A stretch of DNA of 64,000 nt from positions 97,774,001 to 97,838,000 of the forward strand of contig OZ038378.1 in assembly GCA_964036045.1 (NCBI GenBank). The letters run 5' to 3'. Below, piece after piece: positions 12,801 through 25,285 of the stretch; position 1 is the first letter of the stretch, and each line of letters starts with the position of its first letter. Source of the DNA: Eutreptiella sp. 'Long Island Sound 2002' (taxonomy: Eukaryota > Protista > Euglenida). The position numbers were made by a program, and so were the translations under genes. A model generated the notes under the pieces. The model did no database searches, was not told the DNA's origin, and saw only the letters and a program-made list of their open reading frames with translations.

Positions 12801-13425
12801 CTGGTTGACTGTGTGCGCGCATAATAGAGGTAGCAGAGATTGTACATACGCACATGCACATTCATACATGTGCAGATGCCAGGATGTACAAATATACATT
12901 GGTACTTGAGATGGCGGTGAGGGTGTGCGATGAGTCAGGTTAGCACCTTTTACTTGTTTTTCTGCCTGCCGTCTGCATACTGCTTGCAGCAATAATAGTG
13001 CATTGTAAACAGTGCCGGGACCAGAGCACCAACACATCTTCACTTCAAACGCAGTTGGGGGGATTTGCCTATTCCGACGTGTTGCATACAAATATACAAG
13101 AGATAGGGCTCTACGGTATGATGTGTTGGATAATTTCAGCAAAAGCCCCACCGACAGCCCCCCCCTCCCCCCCGGGTCTGCAACATACTTTGTGTTGAAC
13201 TCAGCACATACAGAATGAGGGTGCTGAGCTACCATCCGTGTGATTCCAAAAATGCTACTGGGGTTCATTAGATGCTCTAACAAGCGGTTTTAGCCCCCCC
13301 TCCCATGGGGATCTCCCCCATAGGTGATGGCCTTGGCGGGACGCGAACCCTTGAACAAGTACCTGACAACATCTCTGGTGCAATGTACCCTGGAGTGCCA
13401 CACATTCCCGTCACAACGCAGCCCG
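6888..13425. repeat. Four-copy tandem array of a ~1.63-kb unit
   Basis: Units are 6888-8520, 8521-10154, 10155-11791 and 11792-13425, near-identical. The junction cagcccg|ttttgttc has TT microhomology. Confidence 0.97.
7110..7480 (+). mobile_element. Decayed LINE zinc-finger/RNase H-like remnant, present in each tandem unit
   Basis: LLWGFLIQT...SPVCAQCGKMA*QTGAGHVQ*LFC, followed by TTLLYKDGS (YTDGS-like). Confidence 0.4.
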
Positions 13426-13633
13426 TTGGGATCTCTATCAGAAAATCAAAATCCGCCAGTTTGCCATGGATATCCTTTGTCAGGAATACATTCATGCCTT
13501 TGATGTCTCGGTGAGCGTAGGGGAATGGTTCATATTCGTGAAGCACCTGCAAGGCCACTGCCACTTCTCCGCACAAGCGCCACTGCGTGGGCTGGTCCAC
13601 TTCCCCACAGAAAAGGTCACTGACGTCTCCACC
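13363..13633 (-). CDS. Protein kinase, internal exon (subdomains V-VIII)
   Basis: Acceptor ctgcaatag|GGT, then GGDVSDLF...YAHRDIKGMNVFL...KLADFDF...GTPGYIAPEMLS, donor G|GTACTT. The 271-nt exon ends in phase 1 and joins the 6315 exon in frame (PEMLS-G-DGY). Upstream exons were not found. Confidence 0.9.
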
Positions 13634-14639
13634 CTATTGCAGGGCGACGTGTGAGGGACACAGTGGGTTGGAGGGCGAGGCAGGTGCCATAGACAACCTA
13701 CTTTGGAGGTGAGGCAGGTGTAGGTGTGCACACACTAGAAGAGGAGGCAGGGGGAGGGAAGGAATTTTTTTTGGTGGGGGCAGGGAGGGGTTATCCGGCC
13801 TGAACCCCCATCCTCCTATGATTGTCATTACTCACACTCCAAATTATATGTGCACCAACAAGCATCAACAAAACAAAGACCACGGCTATCAGAAAAACGT
13901 GCAGCACCTATGGTTTACCCACAGGGTCCAAGTGCATGCGATTATTGCTGAGAAATTGGTTCAGTGGGGAGAATCCTTGCACTGCGCAACTTTCAGACTA
14001 CCCCCCCCCCCACCGAAGAGCCCGAAACACATGCATTCCAAAACTCATACTCAAAAACCTGAAAAAAAAGGATCCGTCCCATGCTGCTTTCCCGTCAAGA
14101 ATTCATAGAAATGATGGATGAGGTTTTTGATGGATGATGCAGTAACACTTACGATTTAGTGTGAAAGGAGTCGAGCACCTCGAGTTCAGCCACTTGAAAT
14201 GGTGAACCAGCTCATACTTCACCGTGCAACATTATGCCTCATGGACCATTGGATCCCGAGTGTGTGCTACTGCCCCACAAGATCAGCAGCAACAAAGTTG
14301 TGATATGGTAGCCTTATGCGCCTTAGTAAAAGGGGTTGCTTTGGTTTTGTGATTGTTATCTATCCTTGAGAAAAAGAATATGTGCGGCCACCAACCGTGA
14401 GGGAAATGTTTCGTGCTCACAACATTTCTGACCCAAATTGTGTATCACAAGAGCAGCAACGTTGGATAGAGGAGGGTCCAAGGGGAGGGGGTATGCATGG
14501 TATGGAAGCAGTGCACAATTACGGCCACGTCCCCCTCTCCTACTCAAAGGAACACATGGTGCTGGAACGCACAGCATAGAAGGTAAAAAATGGCAGGAAA
14601 ATGCAGAGCATATTGCTCAGGATATTGGCGGATGCTCGG

Positions 14640-15195
14640 CATTTATCAGGGGGGGGGGGTAGAAAAAAAATTCCTGGTACCGGCGTACAACTTTTTTTTC
14701 GGGGGGTACCCCCGGAGGGGGAGGGGGGTACGAAAAAAAAATTCGCGCGAAAATTTTTTCCGGACCCGAAAACCTGAAATTTCCTAGTCTACCCCACGTG
14801 TGTGGGTTTGGAAGGTGCAAGGAGGGTATTTCTCAAGGTAACAAGGTAACCATGGATATCCGATATGGGTGGTATTTGTGTTTAAGGGCACAAAGACCCC
14901 CGGTCTGTTCCGGCTACAGTGCAGCGCCCCACCGCGGCCTCTTATCGGCAGGAAAGAGTCCCCAGATAAGGCAATACACCCTATCTGGGGCGAGAAACCG
15001 AACCCCCAGCATTGAAGGACAAGGGTGATTGATGTCCATTCTGGCCGTTCTGCAGGTTGCCCAAGCCTACAGTGGACCCCACAATGTCATGGCCCCATTG
15101 CCTTCTCGCATGCTGGTTGATGACCGCTACACCACACTAGCTTGCCAACAAAGATTGGTTCTCAGTGAGGGTACGGTTTGTGTGTTGGTGTGTTA
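14640..15195 (+). repeat. Diverged, internally deleted copy of the repeat family found at ~39580-40460 and ~42290-43170
   Basis: Shared blocks ctggtaccggcgtaca...cctgaaattt and gtgtttaagggcacaaagacccccggtc...cccattgccttctcgcatgctgg. Confidence 0.85.
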
Positions 15196-15229
15196 GTATG
15201 TTCGCTTTCATGTGCTTATTCTTCTTCGG

Positions 15230-15420
15230 AATTTGCTTCTTCTTCCGCTTCACGGCCCGCGTGTTGCTGCTGCTACTGCTCTGTTTGCTGCTGCTACCGC
15301 TGATGTTGCTGTTGTTGTTGCTGCTGCTATCATCGCTCCTTCGGCTACTGCTGTTGCTGCTGCTACTACTACTCTGACTGTTGTTGTCCTCGTCCTCGTC
15401 AAGGTCATCATCTGCATCAT
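15230..15420 (+). repeat. (GCT/GTT/ACT)n trinucleotide tract
   Basis: Seen directly. It explains the poly-L, poly-A and poly-S ORFs. Confidence 0.85.
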
Positions 15421-18400
15421 GTTGTTCCCAAACCGCCATGCGGCTGCTTTGTCTCCTGCCTTGAGGGCCTTCGCTGCCGCTGCTTGCTCTGCCACATTGT
15501 TTACATTGGCGAGAATGTCACGTTGCAACCTGGGCTGACGATTGCATTTAACAAGCGCTGTGGGAAGCCCGGCCCGCCCACCCGCGACAAGACCCGGCGG
15601 TAGGGTGGTACTTAGTGTTAGTCACTTCCATGTCACATGCCCAAAGCCATCGATACAAGTGTACCCTTGGCGTCTTCATTAGAAGCACCATGGATATAGT
15701 TTAATCAAATCATACCCTACTGTGTCATTAACAATAATCATCAAAATGGACAGCAACTGTTCCTTGTGATGCAGATTGTGTTAGATCATATTTTTCATCC
15801 ACATATTGATTTTTGTACACATTAGATTCTTTTTCAGAATCCAAAAATAAAATGACAAAAAGAAGGGAGCAACCAACATCACCACGTGCTACTATACCTG
15901 CTAAAGAAAAAAAAGTTTCTGTGTTTGTGCGATCTATCATTAACACAATACAAACTATGGAAACATAATATATATTGCAGCGACACTTTACCTATTTTCC
16001 AAATAAACACCAAATACAATCGGAAAGACATTTAAAAAAAAAAGACAACATAAAGGAATCCGTGGCATTAGGCTTGTGACTAGGCTTGGGAAGGACTCGC
16101 TATGCTCCTCCTTCCCAAGCCTAGAAACGCCTGAAGTCTCCAAAGTGACCGCTGCAGCTTTCGATGCAAACTTGACACCACCGACGAAAAAAAGTTGGGT
16201 GTTTCTTCTGCCAAAGCACGCAAAGAACAAAACTCACCTGCAATGCATGTCGGAGACATAGATCATGTTTGTTCCACTGCTTGAGGCTCGAGGATAGAAC
16301 GTTGCTGCTTGTAGAAAGGTGCACGTTTAATTAGCACGGTTTCGTTCAAAATGGATAGTTACAAAAATTGAGCCTGAACTGATTTTTTTACAAGAACAAC
16401 AAGCGCCCCTTTCTTCTCTACTATAACAATTGTTGAAGACCTGAGTCCACTATTTCTATTGGTTTTCGTTTCGTGCCTCAGGGAACCATTGGTTTGTTGC
16501 ACCGTCGTTCAGTCCCAGTCCCATGATTTTCGGTAGGTGACTGCTACCAACACACGTGCAAAACCTCCAACTTACAAAATACCCTAATTCCCTACTTTAG
16601 GTACATTGGGGGCTACATTGAATCATGGTCTTCCTTGCTATCTGCTATTGAATGGTTGCGGGACGTTGGTTTCATCGTGACATTGATGTGTTTGCTTCTG
16701 CAAGCGGTGGCTGGAGTCCGCTTGGCCTTTTGTTGGCCAATCACGGGGCGTGAGCCTCAAAACGTGCACACTATTGGACAGGCGGGATAGCGTTGTGCGT
16801 CGACAAAGATGTGGCCCACTCAAGTGGCGGGACCGGCTTCAAGTATTTTCCCGTGCCTCATAGGTGGTCGGGCGCGTTGTACAATTGTTCAGATTAGAAA
16901 GTTGAGAACTTACAACTGTTGAAAAAAGACCGACCTATGGAAGGTCTTAGATTTCATTTAAAAAAAATTCACATTTGATTATCAAAACCCGAACATTGTT
17001 CTGAAGATTCTCAAGGACATGTGCAACACCGCTCGCTTTCCTTGTGCTAGGGTGTACTTCCATGATGGCGGAAGCTTGTAGCATGGTGGTGAGTCACAGA
17101 GCCCTTGCTCCCCATGACTTGGGAGCACATTTTCATCTTCTTCTTGCACTACATTATGGCCCTCGGGCGTGTTATAGTTCAATCGTCATAGGGCCTTGGC
17201 ACCGAACGACGCAGCGTGCTACGGGTGCGGGCTCAAAAGGTCTTGGATGCCGCACGGCCTGGTGTTTCATTGGGGCGGTCCTTTTGCGTGGTGAAACTAG
17301 GAGTGAAAACGCCCACAGTTGAGACATAGTCATTCTAGTGGAAGAGGTTTTCCTGTTTTCAGTGGCACGGTCGGTAGGGCCAACTGCCCACAGGCCGGCA
17401 CCATGGGGCGCCCCCTCTTACTTCTTGATTGTGAGGCCTCGCGTTCCAAAATGTCGGTATTTCTCGTAAATTACCAATTTTGTATTGCGAGGCCTCTTAA
17501 TCGGCATGACAGTACTCCGCGTCTGCAAATAGGGAACACATGTCACACTCATGCAGCCGTTGAAATAAATGAGAGATGCCGCCTGCATAGAGCCAACAAT
17601 TGGCTATTGGGGCCATATTGGACATCCGCCATTTGCTCTGGGAACCATACCACACATTCCATTGTACGTCTGCGCCACAATTTTGTGGGCTTGCAAGGTG
17701 CTTCCGCGAACACATGGTTCCTCAATGGGTGCACACTACCACCTCTTCTCGGAGGAGGATTGCTGCCACGTCTTAGAGGCCCTCACCATGGGAGGAGGGA
17801 TACAACTAGCCAGAATATTGTGTAGTTCGTCAATCCGATCGTGAACATTGGGTACAATGTCACAACGCCCGTGGGGTTAGGGGTGCGGCCACGGGCGGAC
17901 CCATGGCGGCGCAAGGCCAATGTTCGGGCCATAGTGTGAGATCGTTGTATTATACAATTTTGCGGGCCCATCTCAAAAACACTTGGAACGGTTGAAAGAA
18001 TGGCCCTCCCTCCATTCCATCGGAATCACCTTGTCACAAGTGTGTGTCTCAATGCAATCAAAACACATAACACCTGACAATTGTCACAATAGTGCAATAT
18101 GCCAATGCTCGCCTCGTTGCAACGCAAAAAACAAATAATTCAAGGGCACCATCAGCCCCCACTGTGTAAATGACCATCACTCACTATAGGTGCATCCCAT
18201 GCATGTGCAAGCTATGTGGCAGCTTCCATACTTGCGGGTACATCAAGAGTGATTGCAACTGCACAAGCACTTGCACCCCTTCATTCAATGTAGTAGTGGT
18301 TTCCTCCGTTTGCTCGTTATTAGGCCCGGCGATTAATTAGGGTCTTTCAGCCAACAAAGAGCACAAACTATATGAAGGTCTCCCTTATACTGAGCCCACA

Positions 18401-21400
18401 CAAGCTTTGCACCCTTCGAGGAGCCTACCTCTCGCAGTAGCAGCAAGCACCCTAGCCGAGGTCAGCTTCGTCTTGGGGTTACGAAACCTGCAATTTCGGG
18501 CACTCCCTTGCAAGGCTATAGTTTCCTTCTAAAACGGTGGGTCCGCATTTCGTTTTCCGTGTTTGTTGCATCCACACGGCTGGCCATACTTGGTGATGTC
18601 GACATCCCGAAATGCAAAAAGGAAGGGAGGCGCATTTCACTCATGTTAGGTAAATCATTCGTCAATCACCATGTAGCGAAGTGCATTAAAGTTGCACCAA
18701 TCCCTGTTCAGCCCAAACACGTGCCACACAATGAGGTGTAAAGAATTCTTAGCTGTAACACGGTTATTCGCGTCAACCGTTCAACTGTGGGCAACAGTAG
18801 GGTCCATGGTTGCGAACGACACAAATGGGCAAAGTGCAGAGGCATATCGATGCTCGGGTAAGTGTGTGGGCAAACAATCAATTTTTTCGAAGCAAGAGCT
18901 TTGGCCGGCGGCTTTTGGCAAGAAGATGCGAAAACCATGGCACTCCGACAAAGGAGACCGGGCCGGTTGCTCTTAAAAGATATTAGTGGTTATGGCCTTT
19001 TGCTTGTACGAAAAAGAGCCACAAGAAATTGCCACGCCCGCCGTGATGTTTTTTTGGGAGGATGCATAAAGCCCACATTGTTGGTGGTCGTCCCCTTTCG
19101 CCCATATGAACTTGGTTCATGGCAATCGCCATGCCTCGTTGCCACGCTCCGTTTTGGTGTGTGTGCCGTACCCCATTAGCACGCCAATGACTAGCCACCA
19201 TGAGGAAACCAAGGCATGATAACTTTTGTGATGGTCGGCTAGCCAGGTGCACAAGGAACCGTCCGCCTGCCCGCCTTTTGGTCCTTCTCTTTTGCCCCCT
19301 TTTCGTTTACCCTCGCCTTCCCCTTGCCTTGTCACAGCAAGGTTTGTTGGCGCCTTCTTGGGGGACCACTTCTCTGTTTTCCTTCCCCCCCCCTCCGTGC
19401 TAGGGCAACGGCTGTTGTTGGTGTTGATGCCGTTGTTGTTGCTATTGTTGCGCCCACTAAAGCTGCTGAACATCTTGCTCCGTATCCTTGTCCGCTTGTA
19501 CGAGCTCACTTGCCCCCCAACGTCGGACCAAAACTTTAGGTGAGCCCCCGCATCAGGTTGCGGGCCCCCGCCGGAGCTGGCGGAAGGTGCACGTGCCGGC
19601 AAGGCTGCATCCGCTACGAAGCTTCCCCCCGGCTCTCCCACGAACTCCACGGGCATTTGGCCAAATGTAGGCGCAACTACTAGTGTGGGTGTGGTGCACG
19701 TTTGTATCAAGGCGCAACAACTTGCTTTGGCCCTGTGCACTAAAGCACAAAGGTTTGGCCATTCAATGGTGATGATAGCGCGCCGCATCGTGACAAAGTC
19801 TAAGGTCTTGTGTTGTGGTCAGGAGATGGTTCACAATGACGATGGAAAGGGGTATTCCTCGGATACCGCTGGTGGCTTGCGGTCACTCACTCATTGAACG
19901 CGCGATGTGAAACCGGTGCAAGAGATGGCGGTTTGTGGTGACGAGCGTCTTTGGGCGATGGGTAGGACCACCATGTCGGGGAACAGGTCAAAGTCCATGA
20001 CATCATCAAGGCACGGCCCATCAGCGCCCCGGGCATTCATGTGTGCTAGCTGCAGCAGGACTAGCATGGTTGTGGTCGTACGCATGGCCTCTTGCGCCAT
20101 GCTGAAGCTAGGAGTGCCAAGGCGGTCGCACCAGTGCTGCAAACGTATCACCTCCCACGATTGGGCCACGCAAGCAGCCACAAGCGCATGGATAGCATGG
20201 TGAACGGGGACGTGCCAAATAATTCTTTCTCCCCTAGGCTTGGGGATGAGGCATTTCTTGCCCTAAACCACCACGTGCGGCAACACCCCGATACTACAAG
20301 CTACAAACGTCCAAGCTTTGCGACTTACCAGGCTCTAAGTCCAAAACTGCGGCTGAGGGCCATTACATAGGCACCGGTGCTAGTACTCTTGCGTGGGCAG
20401 CTTGGTGAGCATCGGCACTCTTTGAAGCACATGCCCATAGGTTTAAAGGCCTCCGGGCTTTTTGGGCTCCCACATATTTGTGGTTGCGGGCGCCCTAGGC
20501 TAGCCATAGAGCTTTATGCATTTCTTGGACTTTGGGGCGTCCCGTAGGGCCGCCAAAGGACCACCACTAGCAATGAGAAGTGCTCCTCCTTTGGCTAGTA
20601 GTTCACGGCACCCGTTTGTGTACCCCATTGGCCACCAAGCCGAGCCTTTAGTAGTTACCTGTCTAGCGCCACCATCCCCACTACCGGCCGCATGTTACGA
20701 GATGCCACCATCCCCCGGTCCAGTGAGAAGTAATGCAGCCACAGCAAGGCCTAACGCTGTGGCCCTACACACAAGGCGTGAGCAAGTGGGTGGGGATCGA
20801 TCTAGTGAAGGGCCTTGACACAAATGGGTGCGGTTTACCCCTAAGGAGGCGTCCTACCGGGTGGAAGCACATTGGTGCTTCACCGTGGACAATGCGGCCG
20901 TCGCTAGACGACCAAAGGTTCCGGGGTTTCCGGGGGGAAGGGGGGGGGGGGCAAACCCAAAAGGGGCCCCCACACAGAATGATGGGGTAGCCAACCAAGT
21001 AGGCCGGAAGAAAGGAATAAATGACCCCCTGCTCCCAAAGACAACAACTCCACAATGGAGCTGTCACTGTGTCCACACGTGCGTAGAACCTATGGAGCAT
21101 TGCAATTGATTTGCCGACTGGACACACAAGCAATTTGGGTCTCTCAACCCCCCCCCCCCCTGGCTTGGATTGCCCCTTTGGGTGTCTAATGGGACATTTA
21201 GGTGAGACTTAGCCGTTTCGCGGACATGGACATGGGCGATCAAAGTCAGGCTCGGCACATCCCATGATGACTTAGAAAACACATAAAACCACCATGCCAA
21301 AGGGTTGCATGATTAGCTTGAAACACCAAAAAATATTGAAAGTAACTTTCACAGGTCAAAAAAAAGCCTGGTTTCTCTGGAGGCCATAAAGATTATTTTG

Positions 21401-21849
21401 GGTGCCTACGCAAAGCCCGAAGCTAGCAATCGTGCCGGAGAGGTTTCATGCAATAGGCCAATGAAAATCCTCTATCCAAGTTGTTTCATTTGCATGTAGC
21501 CGCTGACGTCAGTTCCACTTTTCTAAACGTTGTTTCTAGATTTTGCGTGTTCTTCTTAGAACGACTCTTCCTTCTACATGGGAGCACGTAGCGAACACAA
21601 GCCAACCTGCTTGGCATAACTTTCAGCCACTACCGCTATGTTTTTCGCATCCACCATGGCTTCCACATTTTTTTTGTCCATTACACGGGAAAAATTGTGG
21701 TGGCGGTAGGGAGCGAAGAATGGAAGGGGCGGCTGTGGGAGGAGCAATGAATTTGAATAGGTGATCATGCAAGAAAAAGCCGCGCATTGTATGTACCTTT
21801 TAGGCGAAATGAGTAAAATCACGGTGTTATTCTTGTTGTCCATCTCGCA

Positions 21850-23630
21850 TGTTCCTTTGGCATGAGGGAAGGTTGGGGGCAACTTTCATTGAAGGCTTGT
21901 GGGTGCGGTTAATTGCAAGGGGGTCCATTTGGAGGTTTTCCCAGATAGTGCGTCTTAAGAGCAGTGTGCCATGCAAGGAGTGTCCATGCCCGTTGAGGCA
22001 CGAACATTTTACAACTGGTGTTGGCCCTACGTGCCGATCCCGCAGAGGGACCATGAGGGGTTTGTGCGTCAATGCACAAACCCGAACCGAATGGTGCTAC
22101 CCAGGTGCCTGTATGTACAGCCTCCTCACCCGGTGTTTCATGTGTGCATGCCATGTGCGTGTGTGCACAGGACCCAGGCTAGTGGCCGTACCAACCTACC
22201 TCGCCCGAGGCCCCTCGGTGGTCATACACTTGTGCCTTCGTACACGGAGCCCATGCTAGTTTTCGTTGACTTGTGCCTCAAAGAACACGGCCCACGCTGG
22301 TTGTCACTTGGCTGCATCTTGTCACACAAGGCCCAAAACAAGTGCCATTTCCCTGTGTCTCTATACACAAGACCCACACTAGTTGTCATGCCCCAATGCC
22401 TTAATGTGCAAGGGCAACACAAGTCGCCATAGACCTTTGCCTATGTACCCAAGCCCACACCATTTGGTACGCCTCTTTACAATCACGGACCCACGAGATA
22501 TGTCATGCGTTCATGCCTCCATGCGCTTCGCCGCACAAGTTGCACTTGTACCGCCCATTTGCCTGTGTCAATTGGGCCTATGGCAATAGTGATGCCCCCA
22601 TGCCGTAGTTGACGGCATGACAATTAGGGAGGACTGTTTGAACAAAGGCACAACGGCACAAAAACCCACAAAAATGGCGTACGGGCATGACAATTGGCAC
22701 TGGCCATACACATTGCACCACACAGGCACAATCATTGATGTTTGGCGAGTGTGGGCACAAAACCGGCATAGCTGTGCACACAAGGCTACAACCCCTAATG
22801 AGGTATGAGGTCACAAAGGCATCAGGGCATGGCAAGAAGTGCATGTGCAAAGAGGCACTCGCGCACAACCATGCAAGCCCCAGGCACAGAGCACAAGAAA
22901 AAAAGTGCGGGCCCTATTTGTTAGGGCACATGGATGTGACACCACGTTTGGGGCCTTCGCATTGTAACATACTAGCATGGGCCCCATGCATGGTGGCACC
23001 AGGGCACAACACCTAAGCCCCATCCACACATGCATAGGGGCACAACCGGTAAGGTACACGGGTACAGGAGCACAACAATTCCACCCTGTGCACAGAGGCA
23101 CAATGGCACATTAAATGGGGTCAACACTGCGCATAGTGGCACAAAGTTGCAAGCATTGATCTGGGCATTGGGGCATGACATCTATCATGCGCTTTGTGTG
23201 CTAAGGCAGGGGGGCCAGCAATGGGCATGGGCCCTATGGATGGAATCATAGGGACATGGCAATGGGCTGCCCTATGAACTAAGGCATAGGGGCACGACAA
23301 TTGGCGGGGCCTTGTGCACCGAGGCATGGGTAGGGCACCTGGCCTAGGGAATGCTTGAAGGCATGGGTGCACAACGGCCATCTTTGGCCTTGTGAGCAGG
23401 GGTGCAAGATGTACGCCTAGTGCATAAAGGCGCGTTGGGATGATCACTTATGTGGGCCCAATGTACGGAGGCATGGGGGCATGGCATTGGTACCTACGGA
23501 CACCTATGCACCCCTATGCACATAGGCACGGGCGTAGGGCCACTGGCATGGGCTTAATGCCCGAAGGTATAGAAGCACGGAGACTAGTGTGCAGGGACAT
23601 TGGTCTGGTTCTTGATGTAGGCACACTATA
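21850..23630. repeat. Degenerate low-complexity tract rich in GCAC/CATG/GGCA words
   Basis: Dense recurrence of ggcac, gcatg and cacaa words. Only short H/C/M-rich ORFs. Confidence 0.5.
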
Positions 23631-23795
23631 GGGTTTGCGGTTGCCGCGGCTTGCTCAAATCCTCCACATGGTCTCACATGTACCACCGGTGCCCCGCATA
23701 GAACATTGGAAGAGAGACCAATATTGTCTCGTTACCGGTGGCAATTTTAGCAAATTTGTACCGCCGTGCATGCGATATGCTTCGGTCCGCCGCTT

Positions 23796-23935
23796 GGAAG
23801 TTTTCAAAAACCCTTGGAAAGATGCCCGGAAGTTTTGGCAGCCAGATCGGTCCCCCAAAACACAACCGATATCGGTAGGAATGTTCCATGGACTTCCCAG
23901 CCGACCGTGCCAGGGGAGCTCGGAAGAAATTTTTT
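23796..23935 (+). repeat. Left arm of a ~140-bp inverted repeat pair (partner 26940-27076)
   Basis: ggaagttttggcagccagatcgg...ggaatgttccatggacttcccagccgaccgtgc...gagctcggaagaaatttt is the reverse complement of 26940-27076. Confidence 0.9.
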
Positions 23936-24243
23936 AGCCCGAACCGAGTGGAACTTTGGTTGGATGCTTGGTGCCTACCTTGCCTGCCAGATGCCATGGA
24001 GAACAATACGTTGAAGCTAATGGTTGTCTACCCTTTGTCTGCTTCGCCTACGAAATTGCATGGAGAACACTGTGCTCAAGCTTATGATTGATTCCCCTTT
24101 GAGCTCCTTTGTGAATTTGCACTTTTAGTTTCGACATGCACAATGCCAGTTTGATCCTTGGTGCTTGCTTTGCCTACAAGCTTGCATGGAGAACATCGTA
24201 CTCAAGCTTATGATTGTTTGCCCTTTGTGCCTTGTGAAGCTTT

Positions 24244-25285
24244 GTGCCTGCTTTTGTGGTTTTCTTTTTGCATGTGTGGGGGGGGCAGGGGGTGAAGACT
24301 AGGGAGGGAAAGCTGCGGGCAGCAACTACTGCCCAGCAGAAAAGGGCAGAGGTGTTGCTGGGGCACATGCGGGGGCTTTCGGAGGAGGCAAAAAAATGCC
24401 GCCTCCTTAAGGCCCCCCTCCCCAAGATGCCCCCCAGCAGCCCCCCCCCTTTGGGAAATGGGAGGTGACAGGGGGACACCAGGAGGAGCTCTTGCATGGT
24501 GTGGTTTTTGAGGGGCATCCTGGTGGGTGGGAGATGTACGACCTGGCTGCCACGGCGGTTTCAAAGTCGTGCACCCAGAAGTTGAAGGAGGGTGGTATTT
24601 CAGTGAGGAAGCACACCGCCCCCGAGTCCTGCAATCGCCGCAACGGTCTGTATGTGGCTGTCCGGGTGCTCCTGTGGCACATGAGCCACCTTGTGAGTTT
24701 GTGGGGCAACCCACCTGCTCTCAAAATTTTTTCCATTCGGGGGCGCCAGTGCCGTGAGTTGATGGACCAAACCCTGGCATAGGCCGAGGTGAAAGGGAAC
24801 TGGAAGTGCCGCCGCACTGGTTGGGGCCCTGAGGCCCTGAAGGAGATGAAAAACGTCTCCGAGAAGTTGGCCCCGGTTTGTGGGGGGGCAAGGGGCCTGT
24901 CCCCTTTGCCCCCCTCTCGGGCAACATGGGGCCCATTGTGGTACTTTATGGCATCGCGAATCCTGATTCTGGCCCTGTTATCCCTGGGGCGGGTAAGGGG
25001 AAGGGGAAGGGGGGTGGGTGACCGGGGGGGGGCGATTCAAACTCTTCAGACTCTGACCCAGAGACTGCAGTGGGGAAGGGGAAGGGGAAGGGGAAGGAGA
25101 AGGGGAAGGGGAAGGGGAAGGGGAAGGGGGGGGGCGATTCACACTCTTCAGACTTTGACCCAGAGATTGTAGTGGGGAAGGGGAAGGGCAAGGAGAAGGG
25201 GAAGGGGAAGGGGAAGGGGGTGTGGGATTCAAACTCTGAGTCATCTGACTTAGAGTCCCAGTACAGCATTCACAGTCCAAGCTGA
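24244..25285 (+). pseudogene. Decayed gene, possibly Ulp1/C48-peptidase-like, with a (KG)n/acidic repeat tail
   Basis: HGVV...WEMYDLA...HTAPESCNRRNGLYVAVRVL is reminiscent of the H..D..QxNxxCG order. The tail has three GKGKGK...DSxSSDxDPE units encoded by (GGGGAA)n. Confidence 0.35.

Larger units (their letters stand above)
6316..13362 (-). other. 7047-nt GT-AG intron of the kinase gene
   Basis: Canonical ends and phase-compatible joining of the two kinase exons. Confidence 0.8.

Noticed and set aside
14150-14225. Possible upstream kinase exon (AELEVLDSFHTK, donor GTAAGT) on the minus strand
   Set aside because: It has no convincing acceptor and its phase does not match the 13633 exon.
16000-17830. 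Old piggyBac-like remnant on the minus strand (PCKPTK, LFADAEY, RCVVRC)
   Set aside because: The motif matches are short and in different frames, so I could not distinguish them from chance.
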